Source: Pecten maximus (Eukaryota). Taken from it: a stretch of 64,000 nt of DNA. Below are positions 40,950-52,302 of this stretch, in pieces. Positions within the stretch are counted from its first letter, which is position 1, and each line of letters starts with the position of its first letter. The position numbers and the translations under genes were made by a program. The notes beneath the pieces are model-generated. The model did no database searches, was not told the origin of the DNA, and was given only the letters and a program-made list of their open reading frames with translations. The stretch spans positions 8,990,001 through 9,054,000 of the forward strand of contig NC_047027.1 of the NCBI RefSeq assembly GCF_902652985.1, given 5' to 3'.

Positions 40950-42150
40950 TCTGTTGAGGATTGGCACATAAGATGTTGTTACAGTGTGGTGGGTCCTCCT
41001 GATTTCATTTGTCTTTGCAAATATCTGAAATTGAGATGATTGTTTGAAACCAAAAATAGGTTTCCTGAAGACAAAGACCTTCACACTTTCTATAACAATA
41101 AAGGTCACTTTTAAAATCTAACATTTGTGTAATTTTTTGTTCTTCAAGCTAACAATTCGTCCCTATGATGGTGTTTAGTTTCCTGTTTTGTCATAATGTG
41201 GGCTTTATTATCTTCACTGGACTGGTAGTTAACTTATGTGGATACGTTCACTTATTATGGTCCTTTTAGAAGGAAAACTTCCTTTGTTAAATGTCATCCT
41301 AGAACATAGAACTCCATCATCCTCTCTCACTCCCGCCTGCTGGTCTGTTACACAACATCATACAGGGATATACCGGACATGCTGTAATGAGGAGGAAGTT
41401 TACAGCCTGTAATAAAAATAAGTTTTCTCTAAGTTAATCATCATTAAGTCTATAATAATGGCCTTAAATGTTAGATACCTCCTCACAGGTTTCATCACTG
41501 TATATATATACCTTTATGAGTATGAGTTATGCAGATCTGGGGCCTTTGTTGTGAGTATGAGTTATGCAGATCTGGGGCCTTTGTTGTGAGTATGAGTTAT
41601 GCAGATCTGGGGCCTTTGTTGTGAGTATGAGTTATGCAGATCTGGGGCCTTTGTTGTGAGTATGAGTTATGCAGATCTGGGGCCTTTGTTGTGAGTATGA
41701 GTTATGCAGATCTGGGGCCTTTGTTGTGAGTATGAGTTATGCAGATCTGGGGCCTTTGTTGTGAGTATGAGTTATGCAGATCTGGGGCCTTTGTTGTGAG
41801 TATGAGTTATGCAGATCTGGGGCTGTTGTTGTAAGTTTCACATGTGCCTCTTTGATATAGTCTTCTTTGTTTTGGATGACATTCACGGGGCCCAAATCTC
41901 TCATCTTCTGTCTTCTGCATGAAATACCTGCTATCTTTTATCTTCAACATGGCAATGTTCCTGACAAATAGCCTTCTAGGCATTGTCGGTTATATACACA
42001 CGTTTTGTGATTGTCATACATAAAATTTCTGATTTCATCCGTCTCATCCTTCTCTCTGTGATGGTTTGGGTTCTCTGTTTTTATTTTTCCAACTTCTTCC
42101 TTTGTTGATATTTGAGTTTCAATCTGTCATTTTGCATCAACATTGCAATT
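40950..42150 (-). pseudogene. Decayed Penelope-like retroelement RT fragment, interrupted by a 35-bp tandem array
   Basis: Minus-strand peptide remnants occur in PLE order: DLGPVNVIQNKEDYIKEAHVKL (about 41835-41900), EFYVL (about 41301-41314), RTIIS (41250-41264), with stops and frameshifts between them. Confidence 0.45.
41517..41832. repeat. 35-bp near-perfect tandem repeat (TGAGTATGAGTTATGCAGATCTGGGGCCTTTGTTG), 9 copies
   Basis: Units are identical except the last. Confidence 0.97.
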
Positions 42151-42421
42151 CTGATTTGTTCTGTACCATTTAGGTTTTGTTTTCCTTGTTTTCCCTATTG
42201 TTGTGTTTGGACTCTATTGACAAGTATTGTAACAGGTCTGAGATACATCAGTACAGATTTATATGATATTGTTCAGTTTGTATCCAAACTGTCGTTTTTG
42301 ATATAGGAATGCTCCAATGTAACTGATTTATAGTAAAACTTTGTGTCTCTAAATGGGCTGATGATTTCAAGCTCCTCTTTTTCTCAAACACTTCAATATT
42401 GGACCCTACCTACTCCTGTAG

Positions 42422-42601
42422 GAGCCTATATCCGCCTCACCACCTACACAGAACTCGATGGAGAGTGTTCCACGCGAAGAGGAAGTTATTGATATTGACC
42501 TCAATGACCCGGAAGTAGAAAAAGCAGCGGTAAAAATCCAATCAAGTTTCAAAGGACTAAAGGCACGGAAGTCAAAGACAAGAGTACCGGCTGGTGTGGA
42601 G
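42422..42601 (+). CDS. SPA17: Pro-rich acidic-IQ cassette exon EPISASPP...IDIDLNDPEVEKAAVKIQSSFKGLKARKSKTRVPAGVE
   Basis: Acceptor ctcctgtag, donor GAG|GTTTGA; 180 nt. Confidence 0.88.
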
Positions 42602-43407
42602 GTTTGAAATCTTCTTTTCTTGTCTCTCTTGTTTCTTGTCATATTTTCTGCTTCTTTTATGATATGATAAGAGTTATTGATGTTTTATGCTTAGCTTGGG
42701 GGTGGGGGGGGGGGATGATGATTCTAGATAAAATGTCTTAGCTGTGCTGTTCTTGCTAAGAATCTATTTAACTTTGTGTTAATTATGTGGCAAGTAAATT
42801 TTCTATACCTGCTGTAAAGTTGATTGCGAATGTCAGCAGTGTATTTTAACCTACAGAGCTGTTAAATTAATCAATTACTATATTTCTGAAGAACATAAAG
42901 CATAAATTTTGCAGAGAACGTAAGGGTTTGACACAAGGGCTGTAGGAACTTAGTTTTGGATGAATTCATTGTATTTTTTATATAATTTTCAGCAAATTTC
43001 ACAAAGGGATACACTTTATATATATCATTTTATTTGATGAAATGTTACAAATTCAGAACACGATATTGTAAAAGGAAGTTAGAATATCATTAAGAAAACA
43101 ATTTTCTCTTATTTTTTAGAAGTTGTAAACTTTAGCAACTTAAAAACAATATCAAACACATTTTTTTTACTAGATTGCATGGGTATATGGTGTTTTCAAG
43201 AGAAACTCCAGACTTGAAACTGAAATAGGAAGTTTGGATATGTTTCAGAAAATTTCTTTTTTTTTTAAGAAGTTACAAATTTTAAGAAAATTGAAAAAAA
43301 AATTTGAATAAACCTGGTACTCTCTGATATAAATATCATGCATGAGTACATTTTCATTACCACAATTCACAAACTGTTTTTCTTTCTACTTTCTCTTTTC
43401 ATCATAG

Positions 43408-43578
43408 TCACCACCTGTTAATAATCTAAATATCACAAAAACGGACACTCCACCTCTCGTCAATATTCCAGTCGAGGAAGAAATTGACATTGATTTGAAT
43501 GACCCTGAAGTCGCGAAAGCAGCACTTAAGATTCAGTCAACATTCAAAGGCTTAAAGTCTCGGAAGTTTGGCTATAAG
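43408..43578 (+). CDS. SPA17: Pro-rich acidic-IQ cassette exon SPPVNN...EIDIDLNDPEVAKAALKIQSTFKGLKSRKFGYK
   Basis: Long polypyrimidine tract ending catag, donor AAG|GTTTGC; 171 nt. Confidence 0.9.
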
Positions 43579-44572
43579 GTTTGCACTTGGCTGTTGTGTT
43601 TGTGAAAATTTGTGAAAAATGTTGAAAACTTCAAGGTGAATCTTTGTACATTGTATTGATTGTGTAGTGTTAGGCAGGGATGTTCTTACACGATCATATA
43701 CCGTTCATGATTTGTCATGCTGAGTAAGGTATAGAATGAGAACCGAGTCCAAAGATATAAAGGTAAACATTACCAGGTTCTCCTTCCAGATAGAATTTCA
43801 TTTCTCATTTTAGAATATTTATATATTAGGTTTAACACCCAGTTGTGTGTGTACATGGAACACTGATAATCTCTCCCCTATCTAGTTTTTATCACAAGGC
43901 ACAAGACACTATGATTATTTAGGGTCTTGTGAACACTAATTCTGGATACATCTACATATATTGATTGATTATATTGTTTCCTTGTAATCTTGAAAATAAG
44001 CTAACTATACCGTATTGCAGCCTATATTTCTCCTAGGAATGATTCCATGGATAATTTTTCAGACTTTTTTGATTTATGGGGTTTTAGTGCAAGCAAAATG
44101 AAGATTTAAAAAAAAAATATTGAGCAATATGGAATTGCAGCCAGTGTTTAGCTCGATCTAGCTCAAGGGCAAAGATGAGGGATTGATTTATCAAAGCCAT
44201 ATTATAAGTTTGTGTAGTACAATCACTAATTACGACCTGGTAAAATTTCATGTATTTTAAAAGATTAGACTCCAACCTGCAAGGATTCCATTTTTATTTT
44301 TGTCAAAATATTCTTCCATAAAGTGTGAATCCTGTTTATTTTCTACATTGGGTGAAAGGAATAAATGGCTTCATTTATTATACCAATGTTATTTTCAATA
44401 CCATGTCTTATTTTCAAGATTCTTCCTTGCTAGTAATCATGGCTTATTTTCAGAATTTCCGGTTCTCTCTGTCATTACTCTAAATACTTTATATCCCAGG
44501 GTTTTACCCGACGTCGAGATTCTATCAGTCTTGATGTTTCACTCTTTACGCTGTCTAAACAATTATTTGCAG

Positions 44573-44752
44573 ACATCAGATTCTTCCCCTCCAATCACTA
44601 ATGTCAAACCTACATCCCCTTCACCGCCTGTAACAGCTCCCATAGAGGACGATATCGATATTGATCTAGATGATCCAGAAGTTGCGAAAGCAGCTGTCAA
44701 GATTCAATCAACATTCAAAGGTCTCAAGTCTCGGAAATTAAAGACTAAACAG
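44573..44752 (+). CDS. SPA17: Pro-rich acidic-IQ cassette exon TSDSSPP...DIDIDLDDPEVAKAAVKIQSTFKGLKSRKLKTKQ
   Basis: 3' part of ORF 44300..44758; acceptor atttgcag, donor CAG|GTTTGA; 180 nt. Confidence 0.9.
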
Positions 44753-45221
44753 GTTTGATATTTTTTGTGGAATGTATGAGGAATTTGAATCAATTAATTA
44801 GATTCTGAACACTTTGTCAACTGTAAAGAAAGGAAAGACTACAAAAATTATTTTCATATGGATTTACATATATTTTTATAGTTGATGATTATGTGTATAA
44901 GTGTGAAAAGGAAACTAGGGGGCTTATTGTTATCACAGTTCAATAAGTCAGTTACTGAATGGATCCTCAGGTTTTTGTTTATCACACAGTTTAAACAGTT
45001 TGTCGGATGGACCAGATTTGTTAGTTTATGAAATATGGACTGACCTAGTAATAATATGATTATGCATTCTTGTGACTCTTAATTGAGAAAAGTTTTATGT
45101 ATAAAATGTTCAATAGAAAATTGAAAAACCTAGGGACCAGCAAATAAACAACTCGTTGGACTTCCAAGAACCAAGTTGTTTATCTTCTATCTGTGAATAT
45201 TCTGATATATATTGTTTGTAG

Positions 45222-45410
45222 TCAACCCAGCCACCTTCCTATAACATCCAACCTTCCCCTCCGCCTCCTGCCCCTGCGGCCCCTCCGCCTCAGGCTCCCA
45301 TGGAGGATGAAGTTGACATTGATTTAAATGATCCTGAAGTTGAAAAGGCAGCCCTTAAAATACAATCTACGTTTAAAGGTTTAAAGTCGCGGAAGTTTGG
45401 AGCCAAGAAG
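45222..45410 (+). CDS. SPA17: Pro-rich acidic-IQ cassette exon STQPPSYNIQPSPPPPAPAAPPPQAP...KIQSTFKGLKSRKFGAKK
   Basis: Acceptor tgtttgtag, donor AAG|GTTTTT; 189 nt. Confidence 0.88.
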
Positions 45411-45515
45411 GTTTTTAGTTTTGTTGTTTGCTTCTTAACATTAAAGAACAAAATATTTTGAAAATCTGAATTTAATAAAACTTTAAATTTGAAAACATAT
45501 CTTAATGCAATGTGG

Positions 45516-45713
45516 TGATATCAAAACAATAGTTTATTTGACATTGATAATTATATTGTTTGAGTCCTAATTGTGTACAGTAGATATCAAAACAATAGTT
45601 TATTTGACATTGATAATTATATTGTTTGAGTCCTAATTGTGTACTGTAGATATCAAAACAATAGTTTATTTGACATTGATAATTATATTGTTTGAGTCCT
45701 AATTGTGTACAGT
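45516..45713. repeat. 66-bp tandem triplication
   Basis: GATATCAAAACAATAGTTTATTTGACATTG... occurs three times. Confidence 0.9.
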
Positions 45714-45952
45714 AGTTGATACTTGTTGAGAACAATCATTAACATTCACCGAACTAAAAAGTTATTTGCCTCTATCACTTTAAAACATTCGGCCTTAATG
45801 TATAAGTGTTGAACACAGTACCCTGTTGATAGATCTTAACTAGATTGTCAACGTGTCTAGAAAATTTAAGATTTGAGCTTGTTAATATAAAGTGTAACAA
45901 AAATAAAAACCAGCTTCTATCACATGACTTAGATATGATATCGTAATTACAG

Positions 45953-46126
45953 CCATCACCCAATAGCAACGAAATTGTATCTCCACCCGTCCCTTCATGT
46001 CCCGTAACTCCGCCCAAGCAGGAAGAAATTGACATCGATCTGAATGATCCAGAAGTTGAAAAAGCTGCTGTGAAAATTCAAGCTACCTTTAAAGGTTTAA
46101 AGTCGCGGAAATTTGGATCAAAAAAG
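45953..46126 (+). CDS. SPA17: Pro-rich acidic-IQ cassette exon PSPNSNE...KIQATFKGLKSRKFGSKK
   Basis: Acceptor taattacag, donor AAG|GTTTGA; 174 nt. Confidence 0.88.
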
Positions 46127-46441
46127 GTTTGATTCACTGTCATGGTTTTAAAGAAAATAGCTGTAATTGTGGAAGTCATTACAATCGAGTTTGATATTAG
46201 GCATATATAGACTGAATTGTGGCTCTCTTTCTAAGGAAATGATATATTATGCAGAAAACAGAACTGAATTAAAAATGTATGCAGAAATAAAAGTAAAAAT
46301 TAATTGTTTAATTAGTGAGTTTGGTGGCAACACCTGGGAATATACTTTCTTTAATGACAGAATTATACACATTTTTATGTCACTGGCTGGAAATCCTGGC
46401 CTTTAGGTATGTGAACACACTGATATATTTTCTTACTTCAG

Positions 46442-46612
46442 TCTTCAGCGCCACTAACAAATAATATTCCAACACCCCCTCCATCGACTGTCAATATCCC
46501 ATCAGAAGAGGAAATTGACATCGATTTAAATGACCCAGAAGTAGAAAAGGCGGCTGTAAAGATCCAAGCTACCTTTAAAGGGCTAAAGTCCCGGAAGTTT
46601 GGGAAATCAAAG
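46442..46612 (+). CDS. SPA17: Pro-rich acidic-IQ cassette exon SSAPLTNN...KIQATFKGLKSRKFGKSK
   Basis: Acceptor ttttcttacttcag, donor AAG|GTTGGA; 171 nt. Confidence 0.9.
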
Positions 46613-47184
46613 GTTGGATATTTGGGTGTTGTCTGTATGCTTCCTTGTTCCAAGAATTGTTTGATTCAGAGGACAACAAATATTTCTTACAAGATACGAC
46701 CACTACAAGTTACTTTACTGGGTGAATGGTAGAACTAATACTTTCGTGAAGTAAGATTGAAATTTAGATTTTAGTCGGGCCTCTTTAACTGTAAATCATT
46801 ACCTCAAAAACAAAGAAAAGGAGAGAACCATATTTGTTATATAGGTCTAATATAATATATTATGGCATCGTTTGCCCATTTTCTCTCTCTTACCAATAAT
46901 TACAATCAGTATAGAGACATACTAACATTATTATGGTGTATATTTTATGCTTCATTACCTAATAGAAATTGGCTAATTGAAATATATAGCCAAGGAGAAA
47001 ATGTCATGTACTAGTAGAAATCTGATGACAATTGGAGGTCTTTGGGACACTTGATGGCGTTTCAGTATTGGGAACAGACTCGTTTGTATCACTTAAGAAT
47101 ATGACCGATGTAAATCCTTTGTAATGAGATTACTTGCGTGTACTGAAGCAGGTTCAAATGTCATTATATTGTTCACACTTCCAG

Positions 47185-47334
47185 ACATCTGTAGAACAGC
47201 CACTGAATCACAGGGACACTAAACCACCGGAAGTCGTAGATATTGACTTGACAGATCCAGAAGTTGAGAAGGCAGCCGTTAAGATTCAGGCTAGCTTTAA
47301 AGGCCTCCGGGCACGAAAAACAAATGTTCAAAAG
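47185..47334 (+). CDS. SPA17: Acidic-IQ cassette exon TSVEQ...VVDIDLTDPEVEKAAVKIQASFKGLRARKTNVQK
   Basis: Within ORF 47134..47340; acceptor cacttccag, donor AAG|GTTTGA; 150 nt. Confidence 0.9.
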
Positions 47335-48766
47335 GTTTGAATGTTATTTTGTTCTAAGCATCGCATGCTGACTAGCTGCCTCTGTTTGCATGAGTGGTGT
47401 ACATCCGCTCATGTCATCACGAGCAGAATTCCTGTCGTCGTTCGGTGTGGTGAGGTTGACTCTCCCTTAGTTAGAGAACACTAGTTGTTCTCTTCATAGA
47501 ACCTTTATTTCATCATCATTTTCCACGTTTGATTTGGAATGTTGGTATTTGGAAGTTACGTAGTTTGTTTTTTCATTTTTCAGATCAGTTTGAACTTTGA
47601 CCTCTTTTGTGACTCTTGACATTTTGTGATGGTGCCTCTTTTTGTGTTTGCTTTGAAAGATTTATAATGGCTCGGTGAAGGTTTATAAATGTCACACTCT
47701 CTGAGAAAGCACTTGTTCACATTCTATTTTCAGGACTTTTTAGTGTTCCTGGTGTAGGAAACACTAAAATGGCTGGATGCATGTTAGATTTATTTGTCTA
47801 TCTAGAAATAAACATTTCTTCTACTTTAGTAAATGATTTTTTCTAAAAGATTAAACAACCTTGAAGCAATATTTGTCTATTGTCTTCAAAGCCTTATAGA
47901 AATGTAACTTTCTAAAAATGTGTCTTTTATCTCTGTCATTGATATTTCTAGTTGTTAATGATAAATAAATATACTGTGTTGTAAGTTTACTATACACTGA
48001 ACTTTGCTGAAAAATACCTGGATATGGGCCAATTTCAGGTAGCAACTTTGCTAGCTAGCTTAAAGCTAGTGTTCAGCTTTAGTTCAGCAAAATGTTGAGC
48101 AAAAATTCAGTTAAAGGTACAGCAAAAGCTCGGAATCTTTTTTTTCTCGTGAGGGTAATACTCTTCTTTTCTTGAGAGTGATGTTACTTGTTGTTAGTGT
48201 TTCCCTGTGAAATGTGTGTTTTGTGTCGATGTTAATTTTATGTAGTATATCATTCAGAGTTATTGGATATATTTTGACTTGTAAGAAGATTTCAGCTAAT
48301 TGAAGTATCTGTACATGCCTTTAAAAAAATGTTTGTGAAATGATGTATATGTAATCTCATAAAAAAATGGTTTTATTTCTACATGTCTCATTACGTATGT
48401 GTAAGTCTGTAAGATTGGGAATGTATTAATAGCTCCTGTGATAAAGTGTTTACTAATATGTTTGGTTGAGTTAAAAATCTCAACTGGACCACATACATTG
48501 ATGTAGTGTAATTCACAATACTGAGGTAAAGACTCACATTCCAGTTTTATAGAATTAGAAGCAATTCTTGAAAAGTCATGCAGTTTTTAATTTTTCCACA
48601 AAAGTCTTGGAAATTGAATTTTAAGGATTTCCTGCAAAATGTAGATTGTATGGGTAGCTTTAGGATTACATCGACATTTGTCCCCTACAGAGTATTGGGG
48701 GGATTTTATTTTTTCTTCTTTGTTTGATTTGGAAGGAAATACATTTAACATGCTTCAGAAATACTT

Positions 48767-49140
48767 TGATGGCCCTGTACAAACGGACGTGCTTCAGTGA
48801 CTAACCAGGGATTGATGGCCCTGTACAAACGAACGTGCTTCAGTGACTAACCAGGGATTGATGGACCTGTACAAACTGACGTGCTTCAGTGACTAACCAG
48901 GGATTGATGGACCTGTACAAACGGACGTGCTTCAGTGACTAACCAGGGATTGATGGACCTGTACAAACGGACGTGCTTCAGTGACTGACCACGGATTGAT
49001 GGACCTGTACAAACGGACGTGCTTCAGTGACTGACCACGGATTGATAGACCTGTACAAACGGACGTGCTTCAGTGACTGGCCAGGGATTGATGGCTCTGT
49101 ACAAACGGACGTGCTTCAGTGACTGACCAGGGATTGATGA
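48767..49140. repeat. 46-bp minisatellite (TTGATGGACCTGTACAAACGGACGTGCTTCAGTGACTAACCAGGGA), 8 copies
   Basis: Tandem periodicity. Confidence 0.95.
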
Positions 49141-49818
49141 CCAACATGCTGGCTAAGCTTCCTCTCTGATACTGTGGCCCAGCACCCTTTCAGAGTTCAT
49201 CACTGTCAATTATTCCACTCGATCAGAATACAAAGATCAGTTTTTCTACTCCCATACATCCTTAGCTTTACTAGACATAAAACTTTTTTATTTATACATA
49301 TTTTTTTTCAAAAACAAAGAGGCAGAAGAAGGAACATTACAATAGACCATCATGTGAATGTTCCTTTACATATTTGTGTGAATTTTCTCCCTGCATCCTA
49401 CCATTAATATTTTCTAAGCAATAAAGGTTCCTGATATATTTTATTAGTGAAGTTGACTAAACACTACTGATAGAACGGTAATCAATAGATCGGCCAGTCA
49501 TCACAAGGGTTCCTGGCTGTAGCTGGTTGGTTGTAAATCCTAGTCTATTTAAGGTTATTTGATAGCTATTTATGTTAGAAGTCCTGTCACGAGCCAAATA
49601 ACCTCTCTATGTACTCTTAAATAGACTATTAATCTATCAAAACTCTGAACCAACTGTTCTTTTCATGTCCTAATAAAAGCATTTAGTTTATATATATAAG
49701 ATCTTGCAGATTTTGGAAGACACTTACTTATCAATTTCATCAAAGATACTTTTCAAAATTTAATCTGAATTTGGTTATGTTATCTTTCTATAAACCTGTA
49801 TTGATTTTCTGCTCTTTT

Positions 49819-50709
49819 TGTCCCTTATATCACTGACGAGTCCTAGAGAATGAAACAGCTGTATTATGTCCCTAATATAACTGACGAGTCCTAGAGAATG
49901 AAACAGCTGTATCATGTCCCTACTATCACTGACGAGTCCCAGAGGATGAAACAGCTGTATTATGTCCCTATAATATCACTGATGTCGAGTCCTAGAGAAT
50001 GAAACAGCTGTATCATGTCCCTAATATCACTGACGAGTCCTAGAGAATGAAACAGCTGTATCATGTCCCTAATATCACTGACGAGTCCCAGTGGATGAAA
50101 CAGCTGTATTATGTCCCTATAATATCACTGATGTCGAGTCCTAGAGAATGAAACAGCTGTATCATGTCCCTAATATCACTGACGAGTCCTAGAGAATGAA
50201 ACAGCTGTATCATGTCCCTAATATCACTGACGAGTCCCAGAGAATGAAACAGCTGTATCATGTCTGTAATATCACTGTCGAGTCCTAGAGAATGAAACAG
50301 CTGTATTATGTCCCTAATATAACTGACGAGTCTTAGAGAATGAAACAGCTGTATTATGTCCCTATAATATCACTGATGTCGAGTCCTAGAGAATGAAACA
50401 GCTGTATCATGTCCCTTATATCACTGATGTCGAGTCCTAGAGAATGAAACAGCTGTATTATGTCCCTAATATAACTGACGAGTCCTAGAGAATGAAACAG
50501 CTGTATCATGTCCCTAATATCACTGACGAGTCCTAGAGGATGAAACAGCTGTATTATGTCCCTAATATCACTAACGAGTCCTAGAGAATGAAACAGCTGT
50601 ATCATGTCCCTAATATCACTGACGAGTCCCAGAGGATGAAACAGCTGTATTATGTCCCTATAATATCACTGACGAGTCCTAGAGGATGAAACAGCTGTAT
50701 GACATTATG
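49819..50709 (+). ncRNA. Tandem array (18 units, mostly 48 bp) of minimal type I hammerhead ribozyme motifs
   Basis: Consensus unit: CTGACGA - GTCC-4 nt loop-G(G/A)AT - GAAAC-AGCT-GTA. The last copy has a full stem I: TAATATCA 50661-50668 with TGACATTA 50700-50707. Confidence 0.85.
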
Positions 50710-51578
50710 ACTTGTTTAGTTGAGTTTTTCAAAAAGTATTCCAATGTTTATTGCTATACTCATCAATTCGATCAATTCCATTCTATCAAACAGAATTTTT
50801 TTTTTTTTATGTTTTTTTTTTTTTTTTTTTTAATATTGAAATTTTATTGAATTTCAGAGTTTGCTTAATCGGGACAGATGAGTCGTATATTTTTTGTAGT
50901 TTTTGTTAATTTGATCAACGCTTTTATTTGCAGACATACACCTTCCTGATGTTCCTCTGTAGGCTTTGGTTATGATACTTTATGTACTAAATGTCTAATG
51001 GTGTACTTTAACCGGTTTATTTCTTCAAATGACTTGATGCTTTAACGATTAATTAGAAGGGACTTGCATGATTTCAGATTGTTCTGGTGAATTTCATGTC
51101 TTTTTTATTGGATAAGATCAGACGCTGTATGATCAATTGAGCTGTCCAATTTGACCAGGGATATATACCTCTTCAGTTTTCGTTTACAAATAAGTAAAAA
51201 CCGTTTCTGGAATCCGTATAAACGAAGTGTCCATGGTAATCCTGGCTACCATTACAGATATAGCTGACATATATAGATAATATTGATCATAGATGTAAAG
51301 TCTTTTAATACCCAGGAAAATCCATACAATCCTTGATATGAATGTAACAGACAAGAATTAAGGAGAGTTCCTATTCCTTTTCTATTTTAAATCTCGCACT
51401 TGTCTGGTTATTTTGGTTCTATTTGGGCCGTCCAGTCCCCATAACACAGAGAAAATTAGATATCTCAACAGGCCAAGTTGCCACAAATTACCAGTGAACG
51501 GACAGATTGTCTGGCGAGATGGATTCTATATGACAATTCTCACAGCGTGTAGTTGTAGTTTATGTACGCTCCTTCATT

Positions 51579-52012
51579 ATCTCAGCTGTAGTGTTAGGTC
51601 CAGATGCTGAATCTCAGCTGTAGTGCTATAGGTCTCAGAATGCAGAATCTCGGCTCTAGAGTTAGGTCCGGATGATGAATCTCGGCTCTAGTGTTAGGTC
51701 TGGATGCTGAATCTCAGCTCTAGTGTTAAGGTCCGGATGATGAATCTCGGCTCTAGAGTTAGGTCCGGATGATGAATCTCAGCTCTAGTGTTATGTCCGG
51801 ATGCTGAATCTCAGCTCTAGTGTTAAGGTCCGGATGCTGAATCTCAGCTCTAGTATTAGGTCCGGATGCTGAATCTCAGCTCTAGTGCTATAGGTCTCAG
51901 AATGCTGAATCTCAGCTCTAGTATTAGGTCCGGATGCTGAATCTCAGCTCTAGTATTAGGTCCGGATGCTGAATCTCAGCTCTAGTGTTAAGGTCTGGAT
52001 GCTGAATCTCAG
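51579..52012. repeat. 32-35-bp minisatellite (GGATGCTGAATCTCAGCTCTAGTGTTAGGTCC), about 13 copies
   Basis: Tandem periodicity; internal hairpin GCTGA-ATC-TCAGC. Confidence 0.93.
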
Positions 52013-52204
52013 AGCTTTTACCATTTGCTCTATTTATTTTTAACAAAGATCATAATAGATTATATTTCAATGTATTTACAAGGGATTGACTCTGACAATG
52101 GACCTTTGGATTAGGCCACACTACTCTTATTCACAAAGGATTGAGCATAAGAGACGTTCTCTCTATAGTTGAGCAATATATTGTAGCTATAAATATTTAC
52201 ATTA

Positions 52205-52264
52205 TTAGTCCCCTGCCGTTTGAAAAACGGGGGGACTATAGGTTTACCCTCCGTCCGTCTGTCC

Positions 52265-52302
<38 letters not shown>

